Assembly: GCA_910579785.1 (NCBI GenBank)
Contig: CAJTVJ010000002.1
Span: 42,529 to 106,528, forward strand
Length of the DNA stretch: 64,000 bases
Direction: 5' to 3'
Source of the DNA: an uncultured Christensenella sp.
Lineage (GTDB): Bacteria > Bacillota > Clostridia > Christensenellales > UBA3700
The position numbers and the translations under genes were made by a program. Of this stretch, positions 36,418 through 44,435 are shown one piece after another; positions within the stretch are counted from its first letter, which is position 1, and each line of letters opens with the position of its first letter. The notes below the pieces were generated by a model. It did not search any database, was not told where the DNA came from, and was given only the letters and a program-made list of their open reading frames with translations.

Positions 36418-38337
36418 ATGGCAGTAATGAGAATGAGCGTAGGCGAGGCTCTCGTCAGATTTTTGGACAGTCAATACGTCAGCTTTGACGGAAAGGAAAA
36501 TAAATTGGTCGAAGGTATCTTTACGATATTCGGACACGGTTGCGTGCTTGGCATCGGCGAGGCTTTGTCGATGTCCGATCATTCGCTAAAAGTATATCAA
36601 GGCAAGAATGAGCAAGGTATGGCGCAAGTCGCGACGGCTTATGCAAAACAAAACAATAGGCGCAAGATAATGCCGTGCGTGTCGTCGATAGGACCCGGCG
36701 CGGCTAATATGGTGACTGCGGCGGCTACTGCGACAGCCAACAACATACCGCTCTTGCTATTTGCAGGAGACACATTTGCGACGCGACAGCCCGACCCCGT
36801 GTTGCAGCAGATAGAACAAACGTACAGCGCGGCTGTCACGACCAACGACGCGTTTAAAGCGGTCACGCGTTATTTTGACAGAGTGTCCCGTCCGGAAATG
36901 CTGATGAGCGCAATGCTCAACGCTATGAGGGTACTTCTCGACCCGGCGCATACCGGCGCGGTTGCTATTGCAATGCCTCAGGACGTGCAGGGAGAGGTAT
37001 ATGATTTTCCGGAGGAGTTTTTGCAAAAAAGAGTGCATAGGATAACCCGTCCCACGCCAGTGCAGGAACAACTTGAAGACTTGGCAAATGCGATAAAGCA
37101 GAGCAAAAAACCTCTCGTCATTGTAGGCGGCGGAGTGAAATACAGCGAAGCGGGCGAGTGCGTTGCGGACTTTTGTCAAAGACGGAATATACCGTTTGCA
37201 GAAACTCAGGCGGGAAAGAGCGCGATAAAGTCGTCGCACCCGTTGAACGTCGGAGGAATAGGCGTGACGGGCAACAGCAGTGCAAATACTCTTGCAAAAG
37301 ATTGCGATCTGATATTTGCGATAGGCACAAGGTTTACAGATTTCACGACGGCGTCGAAGTCGCTGTATGCGGATAAAAAGATAATCACGCTGAATGCGTC
37401 GGACTTCCATGCGTCCAAGCTTGACGCGATCAAGGCTGTCGGCGACGCGAAAGCAGGAATAGCGGCATTGGATAAGATGCTGGGAGACTATAAGAGTTCA
37501 TATGCAGGCGAGATAGCAAAGGCTAAATCAAATTGGGCTGAGGAGATGGAAAGACTTACGTCCATTGAAGTGCGAGGAGATTATATGCCCGAGATACAAG
37601 AGCATATGCCTGACGTCATACAAGACTTTTTAAAGGCGCACGGCGAGGCTATGGCGCAGACTACGGCGATTGGCGTAATTAGAGACAACATACCAAAAGA
37701 CGCCGTTATCGTAGGCTCGGCAGGCAGTTTGCCGGGCGATTTGCAGAGAATGTGGACGACGGACGAGAAAGACAGCTACAATATGGAATACGGCTATTCT
37801 TGTATGGGATATGAGATAGCAGGGTGTCTGGGAAGCAAGCTGGCATGTCCGGACAAAGAGGTGTATGCAATGGTAGGCGACGGCAGCTATCTTATGTTGC
37901 ACAGTGAGATGGTGACGGCAATCCAAGAGGGGATAAAGATAAACGTATTGCTTTTTGACAATTCATCCTTCGGCTGTATCAACAACTTGCAAATGGGACA
38001 GGGCGTGGACGCGCTTTGCACCGAGCTGAGATATAGAGAAGGCGGCAAGCAGATAAGAGGCGGAAAGTTTTTGAATATTGATTATGCTATGAATGCAAAG
38101 GCTTACGGCTTTGTCACGTATACGGCGCGTAATAAACAAGAGCTTGAAGAGGCTGTCAAGGACAGTTTGAAACAGACAAAGCCTACTCTTATCGATATCA
38201 AGGTGTTGCCCAAGTCGATGACGCACGGGTATGACGGTTGGTGGAACGTAGGCTGTACGCAAGACCCCAAGACGGCGGTACAAAAGCAGGCTTTGAGCGA
38301 AAAGCAGCGTATGCTTGAAAAGGCAAGAAAGTATTGA
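36418..38337 (+). CDS. iolD: 3D-(3,5/4)-trihydroxycyclohexane-1,2-dione acylhydrolase (ThDP-dependent)
   Basis: 639-aa ThDP enzyme with the 'GDGSYLM' ThDP-binding motif. iol context. Confidence 0.9.
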   Translation: MAVMRMSVGEALVRFLDSQYVSFDGKENKLVEGIFTIFGHGCVLGIGEALSMSDHSLKVYQGKNEQGMAQVATAYAKQNNRRKIMPCVSSIGPGAANMVTAAATATANNIPLLLFAGDTFATRQPDPVLQQIEQTYSAAVTTNDAFKAVTRYFDRVSRPEMLMSAMLNAMRVLLDPAHTGAVAIAMPQDVQGEVYDFPEEFLQKRVHRITRPTPVQEQLEDLANAIKQSKKPLVIVGGGVKYSEAGECVADFCQRRNIPFAETQAGKSAIKSSHPLNVGGIGVTGNSSANTLAKDCDLIFAIGTRFTDFTTASKSLYADKKIITLNASDFHASKLDAIKAVGDAKAGIAALDKMLGDYKSSYAGEIAKAKSNWAEEMERLTSIEVRGDYMPEIQEHMPDVIQDFLKAHGEAMAQTTAIGVIRDNIPKDAVIVGSAGSLPGDLQRMWTTDEKDSYNMEYGYSCMGYEIAGCLGSKLACPDKEVYAMVGDGSYLMLHSEMVTAIQEGIKINVLLFDNSSFGCINNLQMGQGVDALCTELRYREGGKQIRGGKFLNIDYAMNAKAYGFVTYTARNKQELEEAVKDSLKQTKPTLIDIKVLPKSMTHGYDGWWNVGCTQDPKTAVQKQALSEKQRMLEKARKY

Positions 38338-38361
38338 GATAAAAAAGCCAAGAGGTGGAAA

Positions 38362-39255
38362 GTGAAAAGAGATAATATTAAACTCGGCATTGCGCCGATA
38401 GCGTGGACAAACGACGATATGCCCGACTTGGGCAGTGAAAATACCTTTGAACAGTGCGTGAGCGAAATGGCTCTTGCCGGTTTTGAGGGGTGCGAAGTGG
38501 GCAACAAATACCCCAAAGATACGTGCGTGTTGAAAGCAGCGCTTGATATGCGCGGCTTGCAGATAGCCAATCAATGGTTTTCTTCTTTCGTGCTTACTAA
38601 ACCTATGGAAGAAGTTGAGAGAGACTTTATAAGACAGTGTAAATTTTTAAAGGCAATGGGCGCGCAAAGAATCGGCGCGTCGGAACAAAGTCACAGCATA
38701 CAGGGACAGATGGACACGCCTGTGTTTGATTGCAAATACGTTATGAATTCTGCCGAGTGGGATAGATTTGCAAAGAGCATGAACAGACTTGGCGAGATTG
38801 CAAATTCTATGGGAATATCGTTGGTATATCATCACCATATGGGAACCGTCGTTCAGACTGCCGAGGAAATCGACAGAATGATGGAAATGACGGATAGAGA
38901 TAAGTTTTCGCTTTTGTTTGACAGCGGACATCTCGCATACTGCGATCAAGACTGTTTAGCGGTGCTTGCCAAATATGCCGACAGAGTAAAGCACGTTCAT
39001 CTTAAAGATATACGACCGCAAGTCGTTGAAAAAGTCAAGTCGCAAAAACTTTCCTTTTTGCAGGGAGTGAGAGAGGGGGCGTTTACCGTGCCGGGCGACG
39101 GCTGTATAGATTTCGCTCCTATATTCGATATACTTGATAGGGCGGATTATAAAGGCTGGATGATAGTCGAGGCAGAGCAAGACCCTGCCAAGGCAAATCC
39201 GCTTGAATACGCGCTCAAAGCGAGGCAGTATATACGCAAAGTCGCAAATATTTAG
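38362..39255 (+). CDS. iolE: myo-inosose-2 dehydratase
   Basis: Xylose-isomerase-like TIM barrel with '[15 protein letters not shown]', typical of IolE. GTG start after GAGGTGG. Confidence 0.85.
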   Translation: MKRDNIKLGIAPIAWTNDDMPDLGSENTFEQCVSEMALAGFEGCEVGNKYPKDTCVLKAALDMRGLQIANQWFSSFVLTKPMEEVERDFIRQCKFLKAMGAQRIGASEQSHSIQGQMDTPVFDCKYVMNSAEWDRFAKSMNRLGEIANSMGISLVYHHHMGTVVQTAEEIDRMMEMTDRDKFSLLFDSGHLAYCDQDCLAVLAKYADRVKHVHLKDIRPQVVEKVKSQKLSFLQGVREGAFTVPGDGCIDFAPIFDILDRADYKGWMIVEAEQDPAKANPLEYALKARQYIRKVANI

Positions 39256-39386
39256 TCGATATAAATACAGACTGCGCATGCGTTTTTAAAAGAGACGTAA
39301 ACAAATAAAGACGGTATGAAGAATAACCCGACATACCGCAAAAATAAAATACAAGATCAATAGATAAATATTGAGGAGGAATAAAA

Positions 39387-40895
39387 ATGGCAATAAAGAC
39401 GTTAGGATATTTCACCAACAACACTTTTGTTAAATCGACGACTGACAAATATTATCCGGTATTTGATCCGTCGACTGGCGAGCAAATAGCGCAAATGCCG
39501 CGTTGCACTACGGCAGAGGTCAGCAAGGTGATAGACAATGCGCACGCGGCGTATGAAAAATGGTCGAAAGTGCCTGTGATAAAGAGAGTGCAGATACTCT
39601 ATAAGGTGAGAGATTTGCTTATCGAGCATATGGACGAACTTGTCAAGCTCTGCGCGACCGAGCATGGCAAGAATTGGGAAGAGAGCAAGGGCGACATACT
39701 CAAAGCAAAAGAGGGCACGGAACTCGCTTGTTCTATGCCGTCGCTGTTGCAAGGCGAAAGTCTTATGGACGCGTCGACGGGATATGACACGGTGCTTTAC
39801 AGAGAGTCGATGGGCGTTTTTGTCGGCATCGCGCCTTTCAATTTCCCAGCAATGATACCGATGGGCTGGATGGCTCCTGTGTGTATTGCATGCGGCAATG
39901 CGATAGTGCTCAAAGTCGCAGGCGCAACGCCTATGACTTCGCTTAGGATAGCGGAACTTTACAAGGAAGCCGGACTTCCTGACGGAGTGCTTAATATCGT
40001 AAGCTGCGACCGCAACGACACACAAGAATTGATATCCAATCAAAAGGTCGTCGGCATAACCTTTGTCGGCTCAACCACCGTCGGCAGATATATCTATGAG
40101 ACGGCGGCCAAGTACGGCAAGAGAGTGCAGTGTCTTTGCGAAGCCAAAAATCATGCGCTTGTGCTTGAAGACGCGGCTTTGGACAGAACTGCCGCAGGTA
40201 TAATCAACGCGTCGTACGGTTGCGCGGGAGAGAGATGTATGGCTTTGCCTGTCGTCGTAGCGCAAGAGAGCATTGCAGATAAGCTTATGGAAAAGCTTGT
40301 GGCTTTGGCAAAGAATATCAAAGTCGGACCCGCATATGACAAGACGACAAATCTCGGACCCGTATATAGCGCAGAACACAAAAAGAGCGTTGAGGCGTGG
40401 ATACAGAAGGGCATAGACGAGGGCGCAAAACTCGTGCTTGACGGCAGAAACGTCAAGGTCGCAGGATACGACAACGGCTTTTATCTCGGACCTACAATAC
40501 TCGACGGAGTTACTCCCGAAATGAGCGTGGGACAGAGAGAGATATTCGGACCTGTGCTTTGTATCAAAAGAGTAAAGAACTTTGAAGAGGGACTTGCGGT
40601 AATGAACGCCAATCCGTTTGCCAACGGCTCTGTAATATATACGCAAAACGGATATTACGCAAGAGAGTTTGTGCGTAATACCCACGGCGGCATGGTGGGC
40701 GTCAACGTAGGTATACCCGTACCTGTCGGCGTATTTTCATTCACAGGTCACAAGTATTCTTTCTTCGGGGACTTGCACTGTCTCGGCAGAGACTCTTTTA
40801 AGTTCTATACGGACAGCAAGACGGTCACGACCCATTGGTTTGACGAGCATGAGGCTAAGTCGACGAAAGTATCTACATGGGACGGCACTATCTGA
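39387..40895 (+). CDS. iolA: CoA-acylating methylmalonate-semialdehyde dehydrogenase
   Basis: Aldehyde dehydrogenase family (catalytic Cys region 'GERCMA'). iol context. Confidence 0.85.
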   Translation: MAIKTLGYFTNNTFVKSTTDKYYPVFDPSTGEQIAQMPRCTTAEVSKVIDNAHAAYEKWSKVPVIKRVQILYKVRDLLIEHMDELVKLCATEHGKNWEESKGDILKAKEGTELACSMPSLLQGESLMDASTGYDTVLYRESMGVFVGIAPFNFPAMIPMGWMAPVCIACGNAIVLKVAGATPMTSLRIAELYKEAGLPDGVLNIVSCDRNDTQELISNQKVVGITFVGSTTVGRYIYETAAKYGKRVQCLCEAKNHALVLEDAALDRTAAGIINASYGCAGERCMALPVVVAQESIADKLMEKLVALAKNIKVGPAYDKTTNLGPVYSAEHKKSVEAWIQKGIDEGAKLVLDGRNVKVAGYDNGFYLGPTILDGVTPEMSVGQREIFGPVLCIKRVKNFEEGLAVMNANPFANGSVIYTQNGYYAREFVRNTHGGMVGVNVGIPVPVGVFSFTGHKYSFFGDLHCLGRDSFKFYTDSKTVTTHWFDEHEAKSTKVSTWDGTI

Positions 40896-40896
40896 T

Positions 40897-41054
40897 ATAC
40901 TCGTCAAGTGAGGCTTAAATAAGTTTTTGCGGTAATAAAATTCGCAATACTTTAAGCTCGCTTGACGTACATATAGTACGATTATGCTCGCTTTCGTCGT
41001 CTTGCAAGTTTTCTTGCTCGCAAAAAATATTTTTTACCTCGCCTTGACGAGTAT
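40897..41054 (+). other. 158-nt structured or inverted-repeat-bounded intergenic element
   Basis: Terminal arms ATACTCGTCAAGTGAGG and CCTCGCCTTGACGAGTAT are near-perfect inverted repeats. They enclose three or more hairpins: GCTTAAA/TTTAAGC with inner TTGCG/CGCAA, CGTAC/GTACG, and GCAAG/CTTGC. Confidence 0.6.
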
Positions 41055-41137
41055 TGCGGCGCGAGATATTAAAGCAAGGTGCACATCGAAAGGGGGTGGG
41101 TGTTATAAATTTTGGATGTCCGAGTGTAATTTATGAC

Positions 41138-41177
41138 GTCGTTTCGACTGTAACGCAGTGAAATGGAGAAATCTCAT
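41138..41177. repeat. 40-nt dispersed repeat, copy 1
   Basis: 30/40 ungapped identity to 44191-44230 (GTCRTTTCGACYG.AACG.AGTG....G.AGAAATCT.AT). Confidence 0.6.
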
Positions 41178-41303
41178 CGACTAGGATAAAAGAACGTCGA
41201 GGTGATAAAGTTGCAAGATAAGGCGATATATTTGCCGTTTCTTGATATGAAATATAATAGTCATTGACAAATAAAATATGAAAGAAATTATTGGAGAAAT
41301 ATT

Positions 41304-42317
41304 ATGATAAATATAGGAATTATAGGAGCAGGAAGAATCGGCAAAGTTCACTGCGAATCAATAATGTGTTACGTAAAAAATGCGACCGTTAAGACCGTCG
41401 CAGACCCGTTTATGAACAGTGACACGGAGAAGTGGCTCAAAGATATGGGCGTTGAAAAGGTGACGAAAGATTATCGCGACATACTCAATGACAGAGACAT
41501 TGACGCCGTCTTGATATGCTCGTCCACCGATACGCATGCGCCTATTTCAATAGAGGCTATTAAGGCAGGCAAGCACGTCTTTTGCGAAAAGCCCGTTGAT
41601 CACGACATCGACAAGATAATTGAGGTCAAAAAAGCTTTGCAAGGCAGCAAAGTGAAATATCAAGTGGGATTCAACCGTCGTTTTGACCACAACTTTGCCG
41701 CAGTGCGCGAAGCTGTGAAAGCCGGCAAGATAGGCAATCTCAACGTGTTGAAGATATGTTCTCGCGATCCGGCCGCGCCCCCTGTGTCTTACATAAAAGT
41801 CAGCGGAGGAATATTCCTCGATATGACGATACACGATTTTGATATGGTGAGATTTTTATCGGGCGACGAGGTTGAGAGCGTGTTTGCTATGGGCGGAGTT
41901 ATGGTCGACAAAGCTATCGGCGAAGCGGGAGATATCGACACCGCTATCATTACGCTGAGACTTAAAAGCGGAGCGTTGGCAGTAATTGACAACTGCCGCA
42001 GAGCTCAATACGGATACGACCAACGCGCCGAAGCCTTTGGGGAACTTGGACAGGTGGCAATAACCAATGACAGTGCGTCAAATGCAGTTCTCTCGAATTG
42101 CGACGGTGTGACCGCCGAGAAGCCTTTGCTCTTCTTCTTGGAGAGATATATGCAGGCATACGTCAACGAGATAACTCAATTTATAGATTGTATCGTCAAC
42201 GATAAGCAAGTGCCCGTCAGCATCGAAGACGGACTTCAAGCAGTGGTGATAGGAGTCGCCGCCAAGAAATCTCTTGAAGAGGGAAGACCTGTGAGTCTTG
42301 ACGAGATAACTAAATAA
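41304..42317 (+). CDS. iolG: inositol 2-dehydrogenase
   Basis: Gfo/Idh/MocA family with 'IGIIGAGRIGKVH' and 'EKP'. iol context. Confidence 0.85.
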   Translation: MINIGIIGAGRIGKVHCESIMCYVKNATVKTVADPFMNSDTEKWLKDMGVEKVTKDYRDILNDRDIDAVLICSSTDTHAPISIEAIKAGKHVFCEKPVDHDIDKIIEVKKALQGSKVKYQVGFNRRFDHNFAAVREAVKAGKIGNLNVLKICSRDPAAPPVSYIKVSGGIFLDMTIHDFDMVRFLSGDEVESVFAMGGVMVDKAIGEAGDIDTAIITLRLKSGALAVIDNCRRAQYGYDQRAEAFGELGQVAITNDSASNAVLSNCDGVTAEKPLLFFLERYMQAYVNEITQFIDCIVNDKQVPVSIEDGLQAVVIGVAAKKSLEEGRPVSLDEITK

Positions 42318-42352
42318 ACTATGTCTACTACAATATAAGTATAATTCACCCT

Positions 42353-42393
42353 AAAAAGACGCCGCGTTTCATTTGAAGCGCGGCGTTTTCTAT
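42353..42393. terminator. bidirectional rho-independent terminator
   Basis: 13-bp stem ACGCCGCGTTTCA / TGAAGCGCGGCGT. T-runs on both strands. Lies between convergent genes. Confidence 0.8.
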
Positions 42394-42405
42394 TATATTA
42401 GATAT

Positions 42406-43773
42406 TTATTGAACATTTGGTTTAGTTTTGAAATTTGTTATCGAATGTATTATCTGTATTACTAAATTCACTGCGCTTATTACCACAGCAACAATCAGCG
42501 AGGTAGGGTTGTAGCTGCGCGCTTTTGAAAGACTTTCGCTATTATCCGAGAATATGAAATCAAGCAAAGTCTTATCGAAGATAATTGTCAATATTAAAAG
42601 TGCAGCCGATAAAACGGTGATAGCAATGCTCATTCCCAATGCGTTGATATTGTGAGGTCTATCTTGTCTTGACATATTGTTTAAGAGCGATGCTATCGTG
42701 ACGAAAGCCATTACTGTGACGGCTATCTCTATAAAAAGTCCTATGATCGTATATGCGTACATCTCGGGAGTTACGTTTACTGCCGCAAACATATTGCCGT
42801 CAGTATTCACGGTATCAAGCATAAAGAATAGGTGCAGAGCCTTAACAAAGTTAAATGATATAGAGTTATTTTCCAACTCTATCGATATGGAGGGAACTGC
42901 CGTAAAAGCTATGACAAATGCCAGCCCGATAACGCCTAATATGGAAAAACATATTTTGTTTACGTTTATAGGTTCGGCAAGCAATTTGCCAAGCGACGCA
43001 GTCTTGCATACGACAGCCAGCACTGTGAATATAGAGGAAAGTACCAGCCCTGCAATAGTGATTGAATTAAGCTGTGTGCTTATTTCGGCAGTTTCAATTT
43101 TGCCGGTCGCGGCATTAAAGGCAAAAAATAGCGTCGCGCCTAGAACAAATGCAATATTGCTTGCCAATACGAATGGGAAGTAACTCTTTTTGCTTTTACC
43201 GTTGATGGAATTTACGTATCTTATCAATGAAATTACGGCAAAAGTAACTGCGCTGACGATTATTGCAATGGAGAGTATCGTACCCAATACGGCGATAAAA
43301 TATAAATTAGAAATATCTAAATCGGGAAATTGCTTTATTATTGCTGCCAAATCTTCATAGCACTCACCAAAATAATAAAACAAATTATTTTTGCCGTTAG
43401 AGATAAATGAAGCTCCTATATCTGCGCTGTAATTGCCCGAAAACTTAATGCCGATAAAGAAAGTAAATATCAAAGATAAGAAGACTGACAGCATAGAAAA
43501 TATGCCAAGGCACACGTCGGTTGCATTTTTCCATTGAGATTTATAGATGTGAGTTGATGGATTAGAAGCCATTGACTGTCTGCTCTTGGCGTTTATGGCG
43601 TCGCTTTCGTATGTCGTCTGAATCGTAGCTCCGCAAAATTCGCAAAATTGAGAATCGCAGTCGATAGGTTTTTCGCAGACAGGGCACGTTATTTTTCCTT
43701 CTATTTGCTGTCCGCAGTATTTGCAAAAGACAGCGTCTTCGCTATTTTCCTGTCCGCAGTGAAAACATTCCAT
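42406..43773 (-). CDS. double zinc-ribbon, polytopic membrane protein of unknown function
   Basis: 'FHCGQENSEDAVFCKYCGQ' and 'CPVCEKPIDCDSQFCEFCG', followed by about 9 TM helices. Confidence 0.7.
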   Translation of the reverse strand: MECFHCGQENSEDAVFCKYCGQQIEGKITCPVCEKPIDCDSQFCEFCGATIQTTYESDAINAKSRQSMASNPSTHIYKSQWKNATDVCLGIFSMLSVFLSLIFTFFIGIKFSGNYSADIGASFISNGKNNLFYYFGECYEDLAAIIKQFPDLDISNLYFIAVLGTILSIAIIVSAVTFAVISLIRYVNSINGKSKKSYFPFVLASNIAFVLGATLFFAFNAATGKIETAEISTQLNSITIAGLVLSSIFTVLAVVCKTASLGKLLAEPINVNKICFSILGVIGLAFVIAFTAVPSISIELENNSISFNFVKALHLFFMLDTVNTDGNMFAAVNVTPEMYAYTIIGLFIEIAVTVMAFVTIASLLNNMSRQDRPHNINALGMSIAITVLSAALLILTIIFDKTLLDFIFSDNSESLSKARSYNPTSLIVAVVISAVNLVIQIIHSITNFKTKPNVQ

Positions 43774-43901
43774 AATTTCTCCTTTGTATGCAACTTAATA
43801 TCGCACGGTGATTATTATTTACGCAAAATACGCATAATTATTATACAATGTAAACTACTGTAAGTCAAGAAAATTACAGTGTTTTATACTACAATAAAAT
43901 C

Positions 43902-44114
43902 ATGATAAATACAGAGGTCGGCAGAAGATTAAAAGAAATCAGGATGTCAAGCGGACTCACTCAAAGGGAAGTCAGCGAAAGGCTTGGCATAGTCTTGCAG
44001 CAATATCAGACTTACGAAAGCGGTCGCTATCAAATGGACTATGACAAGATAGTAAGGGTATGCAAGATACTCAATGTATCAGCCGACTATTTGCTTGGAA
44101 TTGACGAAATTTAA
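43902..44114 (+). CDS. XRE family helix-turn-helix transcriptional regulator
   Basis: 70 aa. 'LKEIRMSSGLTQREVSERLGIVLQQYQTYESG' is a Cro/C1-type HTH. Confidence 0.85.
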   Translation: MINTEVGRRLKEIRMSSGLTQREVSERLGIVLQQYQTYESGRYQMDYDKIVRVCKILNVSADYLLGIDEI

Positions 44115-44190
44115 ATTATATCCCCATTTAAAATTATTGACAATTATGCTCTAAGTGGCAAAGAGAATGTCTTGATGACAATTTTATATT

Positions 44191-44230
44191 TGTCATTTCG
44201 ACCGAAACGTAGTGGAGCGAAGAAATCTTA
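44191..44230. repeat. 40-nt dispersed repeat, copy 2
   Basis: 30/40 ungapped identity to 41138-41177. Preceded by the hairpin ATGACAA/TTGTCAT. Confidence 0.6.
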
Positions 44231-44239
44231 TTTACTAGA

Positions 44240-44347
44240 AAAAGTGGCAGATTTTACATTTTGAAGTGTCAAAAAAGTGGCAATTATTATAATATCACTG
44301 TCGAAAAATGGCAGATTTTACATTCTGAGATGTCAAAAAAGCGGCAA
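44240..44347. repeat. two 44-bp direct repeats (64-bp period) containing reiterated AAAG(T/C)GGCA motifs
   Basis: 44240-44283 and 44304-44347 differ at only a few positions. (A/G)(T/C)GGCA recurs five times between 44153 and 44347. Confidence 0.8.
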
Positions 44348-44375
44348 AAGCTATTGACTGAGGGGATATATTTTG

Positions 44376-44413
44376 AAATAAAAAACAAGTACGCATTATT
44401 AGATACGTACTTG
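44376..44413 (-). terminator. rho-independent terminator of the GH38 gene
   Basis: CAAGTACG / CGTACTTG stem, followed on the minus strand by TTTTTTATTT. Confidence 0.7.
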
Positions 44414-44435
44414 CATTATACTTATCAAGGTAAGC

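Noticed and set aside
35185-36582. Long minus-strand ORF (465 aa) across iolC/iolB/iolD
   Set aside because: It is antisense to three genes with clear family signatures. It has no RBS and no recognisable motifs, and its Arg/His/Cys-rich composition is typical of a shadow ORF.
44240-44347. Possible CRISPR array or sigma-54 promoters in the TGGCA-containing repeats
   Set aside because: There are only two repeat copies and no cas genes, so this is not a CRISPR array. TGGCAGATTTTACA has the wrong spacing and lacks the GC of the -12 element (TGGCAC-N5-TTGC) needed for sigma-54.
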